NCBI GenBank assembly: GCA_049970055.1
Contig: JBMFNR010000001.1
Coordinates: forward strand, 231,200-295,199
DNA length: 64,000 nt
Direction: 5' to 3'
Source: Fervidobacterium sp.
GTDB taxonomy: Bacteria; Thermotogota; Thermotogae; Thermotogales; Fervidobacteriaceae
The notes under the pieces are model-generated. The model did not search any database. It was not told where the DNA came from and saw only the letters and a list, made by a program, of their open reading frames with translations. How positions within the stretch are numbered: the first letter of the stretch is position 1; the number at the start of each line of letters is the position of its first letter. Shown one piece after another: positions 48,577-58,999 of the stretch. The translations under genes and the position numbers were made by a program.

Positions 48577-49791
48577 ATGAAGAATGTTTTTAAGGGTATC
48601 TTATCGTACATATTTGTAGCAATTGTTGTTATTATTTCAAGTGTAATATTATCTGGTGCTACCGATACTCAGCTACTTAATTATATAACTCCCTTATATG
48701 AAACTCTTTACAGGATAAATGCTAACTATTATGAGATCGACAAGGTAGATTACAATAAATTAATTGACTCCGCAATCGATGGTATGGTGAAGGGACTCGG
48801 TGATGATTTCAGTTATTATTACCCAGCTAGTCAGATGGAAGAACAACAAATTGAAATGGAAGGGCAATACGGAGGACTTGGTATAGAGGTAACATACGAT
48901 AGCGAAAATCGTGCAGTGAAAATTATCAGCCCGATGTATGGAACACCTGCGTGGAGGGCTGGGTTGCAAGCAGGAGATCTAATAATTGGTATAAATGATG
49001 AACCAGTGAGTGAAATGGAATATATGGAAGCGATAAACAAAATGCGCGGAAAACCTGGAACGGAAGTTAAGTTAACTATAAAAAGAGGAAAAGATATAAT
49101 TGAAGTAAAACTCGTCAGAGAAATCATTCAGATAGTGCCGGTGAAATCTGGGATAACGACTTACAATGGTAAGAAAGTAGGATACATCTTACTAACGAAA
49201 TTTAATGAACCAGTACCAACGGAACTACAAAGGGCGTTGCGAAAGCTGTACGATCAAAATATACAAGCTCTGATACTTGATCTTAGAAATAACCCGGGCG
49301 GGCTACTTGATGTTGCAATACAGGTTTCCAATTATTTCTTAGATGCGGGTAAGGTGATTGTATCTGTTAAAGACAGGAATGGAAAGATAACAGATAGATA
49401 CATAAGTCAAGGTAACAATTACCCAAATGTTCCGATGGCTGTACTTATTAACAATGGTTCAGCTTCAGCTTCTGAAATAGTTTCCGCGGCTTTGAAAGAA
49501 AATGGAAGAGCTACTTTAATAGGTCAAAAAACATTTGGGAAAGGTTCCGTTCAAAGAGGTTTTCCACTAAGTAATGGTGGAACAGTCTTCCTTACGATCG
49601 CACATTATCTTACCCCGTCTGGTAAGGATATTCATAAAGTTGGTATAGAGCCTAATGTAGTAGTTCAGGAAGCAACATCCACATCGAGAAAAGTTGAAGC
49701 AAAAGTGTACACATTGACAGACATAGAGGTCGACAAGGACGATCCGGTAATAAAAGCGGCACTTGAAAAGTTAACTGGTGCAACTAAGTGA
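48577..49791 (+). CDS. ctpA: carboxy-terminal processing protease (S41, PDZ)
   Basis: GGLGI, DLRNNPGGLL, SASASEI, TFGKGSVQ. Confidence 0.95.
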   Translation: MKNVFKGILSYIFVAIVVIISSVILSGATDTQLLNYITPLYETLYRINANYYEIDKVDYNKLIDSAIDGMVKGLGDDFSYYYPASQMEEQQIEMEGQYGGLGIEVTYDSENRAVKIISPMYGTPAWRAGLQAGDLIIGINDEPVSEMEYMEAINKMRGKPGTEVKLTIKRGKDIIEVKLVREIIQIVPVKSGITTYNGKKVGYILLTKFNEPVPTELQRALRKLYDQNIQALILDLRNNPGGLLDVAIQVSNYFLDAGKVIVSVKDRNGKITDRYISQGNNYPNVPMAVLINNGSASASEIVSAALKENGRATLIGQKTFGKGSVQRGFPLSNGGTVFLTIAHYLTPSGKDIHKVGIEPNVVVQEATSTSRKVEAKVYTLTDIEVDKDDPVIKAALEKLTGATK

Positions 49792-49802
49792 TGATCTAAG
49801 GG

Positions 49803-50324
49803 ATGAAAGCTGAATTTTACGCTGTAATTCTGTTTTTTGTTTCGGCGATTTTTGTACTTGTTCTTTTTTCTGGAAAGAAATTATCAGTTGAGGAGGAGGT
49901 ATTGCCTTCTCCCTTTCTTTCTGTAGAAAATCCATATGAAAATGATATAAGAAAAAAGGTTAATGAAATCAACAGACAGTTATTTTTTTTAGAATACGGA
50001 AAAACAATTCCTCAAAATGTCGGTCCAGAAGAAATCGAAAAAATAATTTTTAGTATAGAAGACATAAGGGCAAAGAAAGAGGTTATAAAACGGATAAGAA
50101 AATATTGGTGGGGTTCCGGAATAGAGGAAATAACGTTCAGAATAAAACATATAGAAATCAAATGGTATCCCATTGTAAGAGTATCTGAAAATGTTAAGAC
50201 GACATTTGCTGAAGCTTTGTATGATGCATTGAATGGTAAAATATCTGCTTTCTATGTTGGTAATTCAGATATGCACGTAATAAAAGAAGTCGCAAAAAAG
50301 TATAAAGTAGCAGTGGAATATTAA
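49803..50324 (+). CDS. hypothetical membrane-anchored protein
   Basis: 173-aa ORF with an N-terminal TM helix, in operon context. Confidence 0.6.
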   Translation: MKAEFYAVILFFVSAIFVLVLFSGKKLSVEEEVLPSPFLSVENPYENDIRKKVNEINRQLFFLEYGKTIPQNVGPEEIEKIIFSIEDIRAKKEVIKRIRKYWWGSGIEEITFRIKHIEIKWYPIVRVSENVKTTFAEALYDALNGKISAFYVGNSDMHVIKEVAKKYKVAVEY

Positions 50325-50398
50325 CTTTTATTAACTTTTAGTGACCTTTAATAATACTTAATGACACGTAAATTATGCGCGTAGCGAGGTGCAGCCAA

Positions 50399-50797
50399 TT
50401 GAAAAATAAGATATCTTCGGAAATGATCAAGTCGATATTGGCATTACTAATCACTGTCTTTGTATACATTTGGTCGGCTGAAAAACTTCACCTTGGTATA
50501 TTCTTGTTGGATAATTACATTTTCAACTTTTTCATACTTTACGTTCCGACGCTTGTATTTTTTTCGAGTATGTTTTTAACTTTAGATGATGTTTTCAAAG
50601 AAGTTCAAAGGATAATAGCGTATTCGTTTGTACCGATCCTAGCATTTCGGATTGGTTGGTATGGTTACTCTTTTTACTTTTCATTTGTTGTATGCTATGT
50701 ACTTTCCAACATTGTTTTTCCAAAATTTTCAAAACGGTACCCAATAATAATATTCAACGGAATTGCTCTGATACTATTTTTAATCTGGAGGGTTTAG
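50399..50797 (+). CDS. hypothetical small integral membrane protein
   Basis: 4-5 hydrophobic segments; TTG 50399 behind GAGGTG. Confidence 0.6.
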   Translation: MKNKISSEMIKSILALLITVFVYIWSAEKLHLGIFLLDNYIFNFFILYVPTLVFFSSMFLTLDDVFKEVQRIIAYSFVPILAFRIGWYGYSFYFSFVVCYVLSNIVFPKFSKRYPIIIFNGIALILFLIWRV

Positions 50798-50800
50798 AAG

Positions 50801-53161
50801 TTGGAAAAGTTCGCAGAATTATATGTGAAATTCATTCTCAGGCATGCAAACAAAGTTCTTATATTTTTAGTAATTATCTCCGCATTTTTGGGGATCTATG
50901 CGGCGTTTCGATTAAGGATAAACGCCGATATAACTGGTCTTGCGCCAAAAGATGATCAGAGGTTTCAAGATCTTATCAAGTATACAAGTGAGAAAGTGAC
51001 TTCAAATACATTGCTTGTTGCTGTTTTCGGTATAAGAAAGCAAAATCCTGATGCAATAGTGAAAGACTTAAAAGAGCTCTTTGAAAGGTCTACGTATGTA
51101 AACAAAGCTGAGGCTTTTGATAATCCAGAAACATTGGTTAAGTATGGAATGTTGTCGATAAACGAAAGCTCGATTTCGGAAAGTGTTAATTACTATCAAA
51201 GCTTGATTAGCGTAGAACCGCGCACACTTGTGGATTTTAGATTTTGGAGAAACCTAGGAACGACGCTATACGATCTAAACAATTACATTGAAGAATTGGT
51301 CAAGAAAAGTGGAATAAAAAAATATTATTTGATTTCCCCCGACAATGATTTGATAGTTATGAACTTTTCTATGTCTAAGCCAATGTCTAATGTTAGATTT
51401 GTGACCGAAGCAGTGGAATACTTGAAAACAGAAAGTAAAAAAATCGAAAAAAAGTACGACGTAGAGATTAAATTTTCCGGTGGAGTGATGAGTACTTACG
51501 AGGCAAACAAACAAGCTTCGAAAGATTTCACGCTAACAACTATAATTTCTATCGTTGGTATAGTGATAATTCTTATACTCGGTTTTGGAAGCTTGTTGGA
51601 ACTCTTTATTCTGTTCACGGGACTCATCGTAGCTATGGTGATAAGCTTGGGAATAATAGCATTACTTTTGAGAGAACTTAACATCGTCACAACATTTGTC
51701 AATGCAATGTTGCTTGGACTAGGGATAGATTACGCTATGTACATAGTTACAAGAATCCAGGAAAGGTTTCACGTTGAGGGTGTTAGTGAAGAAAGTATTG
51801 TGAAGGCTTTTGTAGAAAATTTCCGCCCATCTTTTATTTCCATGTTGACAACAGCCCTCGCATTTTTCACAATGCTTTTCAGCCCATCGAATGCTATTAA
51901 ACAGATGGGGATATCTGTTTCAATCGGTATAGCAATCTACTTCTTTGTATTCAACTCAATTGTACCAGTATCCCATCAAAAGCTTTTAAACAAGTTTAAA
52001 AGAAGAGAGCGTGATACATACGTACGATTTGTTGATATAATAAGACGCAGCAAAGTACCATATATTTTCACAATCTTTGCAACTATCATTTTCACGCTTT
52101 TTGGTGTGTACTCTATAATGAATTTTTCATACACCACATCCAGCTTAATCGCAAGCAATTCCGAATCGCAAACAGTTGCTGATATGGTTTCTAAGAAATT
52201 TGGATCTGTAGGTACAAGTGATGTTGTAATTGCATTGCCAAGTGCTCAAGAATTAGAAAAAGCAATCGCAGACTTAAAAAAGAAAGGTATAATAACTTCA
52301 GATTTTTCGATACTTTCATTTATCCATGACCCGGAAAGGATCGCCCAAGAAAAGTCGAATATCTATATTCAAGTTTTGCAATTAACACATGTACCTATTC
52401 TTGAAATCATCTTTAAAAAATATGGTCTGTATGAGAGCTTTGTATCAACAGTTGATGTAATAAAAAACATCTCAACAACGCAAGATTTGTTTAATTTGAT
52501 GCAAAAAGATGTACCAAGTCTGTTTTACAAAGATATAAATGGTAAGATGTATTTATTATCGTACATTACACCTTCAATTCCAATTTGGGAAGGCAATAAC
52601 ATTAAGAAATTTTTCAATTCTCTTCGAAATTACAGGACGTACGGCTATACTGCGCTATTTTACAATATAATTGAGGAACTTATCTCCTCAACTGTCTGGG
52701 TCTTTGGATTGGTCTTCCTTGTAGAATTAATAGTTCTTTACATAGACTTTAGAAATTTCAAAAAGTCACTTAATATAATGTTGTTAACGATATTAAACGC
52801 ACTTGCAGCGTTTGGTATTTCCTACCTGGTAGGAATCAAGACAACGTTTATAACATTCATTGTTTTGCCGATATTTTTAGGTATCGGTGTAGATAGCTTA
52901 GTGGAGATAGACCACAGTGTAAAATTTGGAAGGGAAAGTATCATAAAAACCGAGAAGGCCGTTATCATGAGCATTCTGACAACTGTCGTATCGTTTGCAA
53001 GCTTTTTACTTGCAGGGGGAAAATTACTCAGGGAATTTGGATTCGTAACCTCGGCTGGATTAGTTGGAGCTTTGTTTATTTCAATATTTTGGTATTTGAA
53101 TGTCATCGATCCACGCCCAGGAATAAACCAAAGAAAAAGGAATAGGGTTGATAAAGTATGA
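50801..53161 (+). CDS. MMPL/RND-family exporter
   Basis: Two TM repeats with GLGIDYA and GIGVDS motifs and large extracytoplasmic loops. Confidence 0.9.
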   Translation: MEKFAELYVKFILRHANKVLIFLVIISAFLGIYAAFRLRINADITGLAPKDDQRFQDLIKYTSEKVTSNTLLVAVFGIRKQNPDAIVKDLKELFERSTYVNKAEAFDNPETLVKYGMLSINESSISESVNYYQSLISVEPRTLVDFRFWRNLGTTLYDLNNYIEELVKKSGIKKYYLISPDNDLIVMNFSMSKPMSNVRFVTEAVEYLKTESKKIEKKYDVEIKFSGGVMSTYEANKQASKDFTLTTIISIVGIVIILILGFGSLLELFILFTGLIVAMVISLGIIALLLRELNIVTTFVNAMLLGLGIDYAMYIVTRIQERFHVEGVSEESIVKAFVENFRPSFISMLTTALAFFTMLFSPSNAIKQMGISVSIGIAIYFFVFNSIVPVSHQKLLNKFKRRERDTYVRFVDIIRRSKVPYIFTIFATIIFTLFGVYSIMNFSYTTSSLIASNSESQTVADMVSKKFGSVGTSDVVIALPSAQELEKAIADLKKKGIITSDFSILSFIHDPERIAQEKSNIYIQVLQLTHVPILEIIFKKYGLYESFVSTVDVIKNISTTQDLFNLMQKDVPSLFYKDINGKMYLLSYITPSIPIWEGNNIKKFFNSLRNYRTYGYTALFYNIIEELISSTVWVFGLVFLVELIVLYIDFRNFKKSLNIMLLTILNALAAFGISYLVGIKTTFITFIVLPIFLGIGVDSLVEIDHSVKFGRESIIKTEKAVIMSILTTVVSFASFLLAGGKLLREFGFVTSAGLVGALFISIFWYLNVIDPRPGINQRKRNRVDKV

Positions 53162-54366
53162 GGATATTAATGGTGTCGGACACTTATCTACCGCAGATAA
53201 ACGGTGTTGCTACATCTGTTTATTTATCGAAGAAGTATCTTGAAATGAGAGGCCATGAAGTTTTTGTAGTTGCGCCAGTTTCGCCTAATGATGATGAAAA
53301 AGTACTCGTGCTTCGTGGTCTCACTTTTCCGCTTGAGAAACAACACAAGATAGTCTTCGCTAACCATATAAGAATATTGGAATTTGTGAAGAAAAACGAA
53401 GTAGAGATTATACATAGCCATGATCCATTTGCTCTTGGTATAAGGGCCTTAAAAATACAGCGTGATATGAAAATTCCGCATGTTCATACTTACCATACCT
53501 TGTTAACTGAGTATCGACATTATTTACCGCCCCCATTTACACCGGATCGAAAGACAGTAGAGGAATTCTCACGATGGTTTTGCGACAGAGTAAACATCGT
53601 GATCGCACCTACACAGGAGATTAAAGAAGAACTTTTAAGATACAAAATTCAAAGGCCTGTGGAGGTTATACCGACGGGAATAGATACGATAGAATTTTCA
53701 AAGCCCCCGGTAGTTGATATAAGGAAGAAATACAATATACCGAGATATGCGGTAGTTTTGATGTACGCTGGTAGACTTGCTAAAGAAAAGAATCTTGGAT
53801 TTCTTTTTAATGTGGTGGCAAAGTACATGAAAGCACATCACGAAGTGTGGTTTTTGGTTGTTGGCGACGGTCCAGAGAGAAAAAGCTTGGAAGGGTTTGT
53901 TCAAGAAAATGGATTAAGTTCAAGAGCGGTATTCACAGGTTACGTACCACATAAAGAGATAAAAGATTACTATAAAGCATCAGATTTATTTGTTTTTGCT
54001 TCACTCACTGAAACACAAGGGCTCGTCGTACTTGAAGCACTTGCCAGTGGAACACCGGTGGTTGCCATTGCATACAAAGGTGTTGCAGACGTACTTGCTA
54101 ACGGTGAGGGAGCTATAACAACCCAAATCGACGAAGAAGAATTTTATAACGCGATTGATAAAGCGATATCTTTGAAAGATGAGCTAAGTTTGAAAGGCGT
54201 GGAGTATGTTGAAAAAAATTGGTCGATGAACACGATGGTTAGAAGGTTGGAAGATGTCTACACAAAAGCTTTAAACGAGGGATACATAGATTTTTACATG
54301 CCCTCAATAATAAACACGTCTATTCAGCTGAAAATAAGTCAACTCTTCCGAAAGATTATCGAATAA
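53158..54366 (+). CDS. GT4 glycosyltransferase (diacylglycerol glucosyltransferase-like)
   Basis: SDTYLPQINGVATS, HTYHT, GRLAKEKN, SLTETQGLVVLEA. Confidence 0.9.
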   Translation: MRILMVSDTYLPQINGVATSVYLSKKYLEMRGHEVFVVAPVSPNDDEKVLVLRGLTFPLEKQHKIVFANHIRILEFVKKNEVEIIHSHDPFALGIRALKIQRDMKIPHVHTYHTLLTEYRHYLPPPFTPDRKTVEEFSRWFCDRVNIVIAPTQEIKEELLRYKIQRPVEVIPTGIDTIEFSKPPVVDIRKKYNIPRYAVVLMYAGRLAKEKNLGFLFNVVAKYMKAHHEVWFLVVGDGPERKSLEGFVQENGLSSRAVFTGYVPHKEIKDYYKASDLFVFASLTETQGLVVLEALASGTPVVAIAYKGVADVLANGEGAITTQIDEEEFYNAIDKAISLKDELSLKGVEYVEKNWSMNTMVRRLEDVYTKALNEGYIDFYMPSIINTSIQLKISQLFRKIIE

Positions 54367-54400
54367 AAAAAGATTATCAAAAAAATACAAAAAAGTTTGG

Positions 54401-55297
54401 CTATTTTCCTTTTATCTTTTCAAATTCTAAGATCTCTTCAAGCAACTTTCGATAACTTTCGTACCGAGAGTATGGAATTTTACCTTTTGACACTTGTTCT
54501 TTTACAAAACAACCCGGCTCATCGACATGAAAACAATCCGGGAAACAACAGCGGTCATTTTCGAACTCTAAGAATAGTTCTCTTAGCTTGAGCGCAGGGA
54601 TGTGATCAATCTCCAAACTTGCGAATCCGGGGGTGTCAACGACCCAACCTCCAAGAGACAATTTTAATAACTCAGCTGCTGTTGTCGTATGTTTTCCACG
54701 ACCAAGCTTTTCGGAAACACCATCGGTTCTTAGTTCCAAATTACTTTCGATGGAATTAAGCAAACTACTCTTCCCAACCCCCGACATGCCTGCAAAGACT
54801 GATACTTTTCCGTAAAGTTGCATTTTCAAATCTTCAATACCGTATCCTTTTAGTGCACTTGTCTTAACTATAGGATACAATTTTCCGTAGATGTGTTCAA
54901 ATTCTTCTATTTTGACTCTGTCAATCAAATCGACTTTGTTGAGAACAAGCACTATCGGAAGATTCTCATATTCTACAAGAACAATAAATCTATCAAGAAT
55001 ATCGAAAGGTACTTGAGGTCTTTCCAGAGTCGTTACTATAACAACCTGATCTATGTTAGCAACGCTCGGCTTTTTCAACTCCGATTTTCTATTTAGGATA
55101 TTTTCGACGACACCCTCGTTACCTATAACTTTTGTGTACTCAACGATATCGCCCGTTATAGGTCTTATTTTTTGTTTCTTAAACTTGCCACGGAGTCTGC
55201 ACAAAAATCGCTCGCCACTAGCCACATCTTCTACCACAAGTAGATTCGAATAAAATTTAACAACGAGTCCTTGTCTTCTTGTGCCTTGACTACTCAC
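54401..55297 (-). CDS. rsgA: ribosome small subunit-dependent GTPase
   Basis: NKVD, GMSGVGKSS, RGKHTTT, DTPG, C..PDC.H.DEPGC. Confidence 0.96.
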   Translation of the reverse strand: MSSQGTRRQGLVVKFYSNLLVVEDVASGERFLCRLRGKFKKQKIRPITGDIVEYTKVIGNEGVVENILNRKSELKKPSVANIDQVVIVTTLERPQVPFDILDRFIVLVEYENLPIVLVLNKVDLIDRVKIEEFEHIYGKLYPIVKTSALKGYGIEDLKMQLYGKVSVFAGMSGVGKSSLLNSIESNLELRTDGVSEKLGRGKHTTTAAELLKLSLGGWVVDTPGFASLEIDHIPALKLRELFLEFENDRCCFPDCFHVDEPGCFVKEQVSKGKIPYSRYESYRKLLEEILEFEKIKGK

Positions 55298-56085
55298 TAA
55301 AATTGCCCTCCCTCAACTGCTGTACTGTTTTGAGTTTCAGGTGTGCTAGTTGAATTTTCAATTTGTGTATTACTACCGCCTGTTGGTTCATTTTGTAATT
55401 GTTTGCTTTGAAGATCGACACTTGGCGGTACAATTTCGATGGGTCCTGATGGTTCAGTTACTGATGATGGTTGGGTTTGTAAAGTCCCTGATTCCGGTAA
55501 GGTATCTGATGAAATATTTGAATTTCCAGAAGCATTTCCAGAACTGATAAATAATGTTACATTATCCCAACTTCTAACAACACTCTTTGAAGTTGGCGCG
55601 GTTGATATCACTGTACCTGGAAATTCGGAAGCTGAAACGGTTTTAATTGTTGTACTCACATTGATTTCTTGTAGGATCTTCTGAACACTTTTGTACCAAG
55701 AGTACTTAAAGTCAGGAAGTATAATGCTAATGTTTTTAACGTTTTCTGTGAACAACTTAACTTCTCTTCCAAGTTTAACCCTTGTATTTGGTTCGGGATC
55801 CATTTTTATAACACGGCCTTTATCACCGATTATTGTTACATGAAATCCCTTAGCCTTCAATTGCTCGGCAGCTACGTCAACATCCTGGTTTATATAACTT
55901 TCCAAAATTACAGTACCACGTTTTGCTTCAACGTACATAGAAAGGTAGAAAGTGAGCAAGCCCACTATTACTCCGACAAATAATCCAATTATTGTTAAAG
56001 TAACACTTATAGTCATGCGTGATAGAACACCTAGAATGTTTTTACTTTTGTGCATATTTTTTCTATTTCCTCTTTTATCTATCAA
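55297..56085 (-). CDS. PASTA-domain membrane protein with Ser/Thr/Pro-rich tail
   Basis: TM helix, two PASTA-like units (DPEPNT.V; PGTVIS..P), low-complexity tail; between rlmN and rsgA. Confidence 0.75.
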   Translation of the reverse strand: MIDKRGNRKNMHKSKNILGVLSRMTISVTLTIIGLFVGVIVGLLTFYLSMYVEAKRGTVILESYINQDVDVAAEQLKAKGFHVTIIGDKGRVIKMDPEPNTRVKLGREVKLFTENVKNISIILPDFKYSWYKSVQKILQEINVSTTIKTVSASEFPGTVISTAPTSKSVVRSWDNVTLFISSGNASGNSNISSDTLPESGTLQTQPSSVTEPSGPIEIVPPSVDLQSKQLQNEPTGGSNTQIENSTSTPETQNSTAVEGGQF

Positions 56086-56109
56086 GACCTTCCCTCCTTT
56101 TGAATTACA

Positions 56110-57168
56110 TTAGTTCTTTTTTATGTATCTTCTTCTGAGCTGACCACATGCAGCGTCGATGTCTGTACCTTTTTCACGTCTAATTTCATTCTCAATATTG
56201 TGTTTATCTAATACTTCCTTAAACCGTTCGATAGCCCAGTGATGTGGCCTTTCAAATGTTAATCCGTTTGATGGGGGAACCGGGTTTACAGGTATCAGAT
56301 TTACATAGGCACTCATGCCTTTCAGCAATTCAGCCAATTTTTCGGCATCATCAACAAAATCGTTGAATTCCCGGATGAGTATGTATTCAAACGTGACCCT
56401 GTTTTTTGTCAACTTTTGATATTCTTTAGCGGCATGAATTATCTCTTCGACGGAGTATTTTTTATTCATTGGTACGATTATATCCCTCTTATAATTACTT
56501 GGTGCGTGCAGTGATATCGCAAGTTTCACTTCTGGTAAATCGTGCCCAAGCTGGACGATCTTCTCCACAATACCAACGGTAGATATTGAGATCCTCCTCA
56601 TACTTATGTTTTTACCCTTCTTATGATTTAATATCTTTACACTCTTCACTACTTCACTGTAATTGAGCAAAGGTTCGCCCATGCCCATGTAGACAATGTT
56701 ACCTATATTTACTTTCCTATGCTTTTCCATAGCGATTATCTGCGAAACAATTTCACCGGCTGTTAGGTTTCTCACAAATCCACTCTGACCAGTTGCACAA
56801 AATGCACATTTTGCAGGACATCCTACTTGCGTTGAAATGCATGCAGTTACCCTATCTGGGTGGAACAAAAGGACAGATTCGATCGTGTTATTGTCTTCAA
56901 GTTTCCAAAGGAATTTTGTTGTTTTATCGATCTGTGAAACTTGCACATCTATTAATTCTGGGATGTATATGTAAAACTTTTCAGATAGTGTTTTTCTCTG
57001 CTCTTTGGAGAGATTTGTCATCTGTTCAAAATCAAAGATTCTCTTTTTGTAAATCCAATCCCAAACTTGATCAACTCTGAATTTTTCTAAACCGATTTCC
57101 GAAAATACTTCCACTAGTTCTTCGTAACTGAAATCAAGTAAATTTCTGCGCACAACTTGCACCTCCAA
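56110..57168 (-). CDS. rlmN: 23S rRNA m2A2503 / tRNA m2A37 methyltransferase
   Basis: CISTQVGCPAKCAFC, MGMGEP, SLHAP, DIDAACGQL. Confidence 0.97.
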   Translation of the reverse strand: MEVQVVRRNLLDFSYEELVEVFSEIGLEKFRVDQVWDWIYKKRIFDFEQMTNLSKEQRKTLSEKFYIYIPELIDVQVSQIDKTTKFLWKLEDNNTIESVLLFHPDRVTACISTQVGCPAKCAFCATGQSGFVRNLTAGEIVSQIIAMEKHRKVNIGNIVYMGMGEPLLNYSEVVKSVKILNHKKGKNISMRRISISTVGIVEKIVQLGHDLPEVKLAISLHAPSNYKRDIIVPMNKKYSVEEIIHAAKEYQKLTKNRVTFEYILIREFNDFVDDAEKLAELLKGMSAYVNLIPVNPVPPSNGLTFERPHHWAIERFKEVLDKHNIENEIRREKGTDIDAACGQLRRRYIKKN

Positions 57169-57180
57169 TGATTTATCAAG

Positions 57181-57945
57181 TCACATGTGAAACGCACAAC
57201 ATCCGGAAAGAACGTAATTCTTATTCACAGGTTTAACGATAAAATTAGCGTAGTTTGCTACAATTTCTTGCAATTTCTGTCTGTATTCACCTTTTGGTTG
57301 CATACACCCTAATGTTACACTTTCGAAACTTTTCGAAGCCAATTCAAATACCAGTTCCACGTCACCGATATCTGGTGGATTACAATTTTCGTATTTCGTA
57401 TTTTTAGTAGGGACAAAGACGTTCAAAACGATTGAATCAAAATGTTCTGACAACATTTCAATTGCCTTTGGCTCATGAGTAATTTTACCGCAAATCACAC
57501 CGATAGTTACATGTGGTACTTTCTTAACCTTTAGAGGGCAAACAGAATTCAAAATCTGCTCCGCGGTTCTCTCTATTCCGTAAAGCTCTCTAAGCACCTG
57601 TCTATCTGCGAAAAAGTCAAAACTGATAACATCTGCAACATTTTCAAGTTCTAATGGTGGATTGATCGGGAAACCAATGTGAAAATTATACTTTAGCTCA
57701 TACTTTTCTTTTAGATCTCTGAGCTTTCCAAGGTAGGGTTTGAATGGTATCTCTCCATTGGGAAACATACCACCACTGATTAGGAAAGATTTGTACTTAT
57801 CCACGTACTTTTCAATATCATCAACATGAATCATGTGAGTAATGTAATGACCACCGCAGTGACTACAGTTCATCGAGCACGATTTTGTGACAGAGATCGG
57901 TAATGTACCTGAGGGATCTATGCCTACTATCTTACCACTTATCAC
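57181..57945 (-). CDS. uncharacterised radical SAM protein (biotin-synthase-related type)
   Basis: CSMNCSHC, LISGG, PH.TIG, LGCMQP, C-terminal GCCA. Confidence 0.8.
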   Translation of the reverse strand: MISGKIVGIDPSGTLPISVTKSCSMNCSHCGGHYITHMIHVDDIEKYVDKYKSFLISGGMFPNGEIPFKPYLGKLRDLKEKYELKYNFHIGFPINPPLELENVADVISFDFFADRQVLRELYGIERTAEQILNSVCPLKVKKVPHVTIGVICGKITHEPKAIEMLSEHFDSIVLNVFVPTKNTKYENCNPPDIGDVELVFELASKSFESVTLGCMQPKGEYRQKLQEIVANYANFIVKPVNKNYVLSGCCAFHM

Positions 57946-58826
57946 TTTTTACATCTCCAATCCAACGGGAATGTTGTAACTCTTTCTTTTTCATCAAGTT
58001 GCATCCAGCCGTCCAAGCCAAGAGCAATTAATTTTTCTAGGGCATTTTCGTACTCTTCTTTACTGATTTTTCTACCGATCAGTGGATCACCTTTTGCTCC
58101 AAAGTGCGGTATGTATTGAGACATCAGAGCAATAGGGATGTTTTTATCAAGGTTTGCGATAAATTCGAGTGCTTTATTGTGTCCACTTACATTGTTAGGT
58201 AAAACTAATATCCTGACGATCAATCCTCTCATCGTGTCTTCATTAAAAGGGCCTACTTGTTTGTACATCTCGACTATTGCATCTTGAGCAATGTTCCAGT
58301 AATCTGGTACCTTTGAATACCTCTGACCATATTCATTTTCTGTGTAACGTATGTCGGCCAAATATATATCAACGTATCCTTCAAGTTCTTTTAGCACTTC
58401 CACTCTTTCATAACTTGAAGTATTGTAAACTACTGGTAAATTGAAGCCATTTTTCTTTGCAATATCCAACGCTTTCACAATCCAAGGTACGTGTGGTGTT
58501 GGCGTTACTAAATCGAGTGTTTTTGCATCATTTTCTTTGACCTTCAGAAACGCACACGCAAGTTCTTCAACGTCGATTTCAAATCCAACACCTTTTTGGG
58601 AAAATCCCATGTTTTGACAATAGATACACTTCATAGGGCATCCTGAGAAAAAGACAGCACCCGCGCCTTTATCACCGGAGAGGGGGGGCTCTTCACCTTT
58701 GTGAAGAACGATATTAGATATCTTTGGAAGATAGCCTACACCACATACACCTATATGCCTTCTTCTATCTATTTTACACATCCTTGGACATAGCGTACAC
58801 TCGTCTAACATCTCTATGGTAATCAC
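57942..58826 (-). CDS. PflX-like radical SAM protein
   Basis: CTLCPRMC, H.GEEPP.SG, FFSGCPMKCIYCQN, VTPTP, R.LVLP, MSQY.P. Confidence 0.88.
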   Translation of the reverse strand: MITIEMLDECTLCPRMCKIDRRRHIGVCGVGYLPKISNIVLHKGEEPPLSGDKGAGAVFFSGCPMKCIYCQNMGFSQKGVGFEIDVEELACAFLKVKENDAKTLDLVTPTPHVPWIVKALDIAKKNGFNLPVVYNTSSYERVEVLKELEGYVDIYLADIRYTENEYGQRYSKVPDYWNIAQDAIVEMYKQVGPFNEDTMRGLIVRILVLPNNVSGHNKALEFIANLDKNIPIALMSQYIPHFGAKGDPLIGRKISKEEYENALEKLIALGLDGWMQLDEKERVTTFPLDWRCKK

Positions 58827-58999
58827 AAAAATTCCCCCGATCACTTAGTTTATCGATTTTATTATACCATTTTCTGGAAATTTGTGGTTTAACCTATGTA
58901 TACATTAGATTGCAGCTGGAGAAACTTTTTTATATTTGTTGTTTGCGCTGCAAAGTGTGATATAATTACAATTAGCTAGAAAAAACGAATGGAGGTGCT

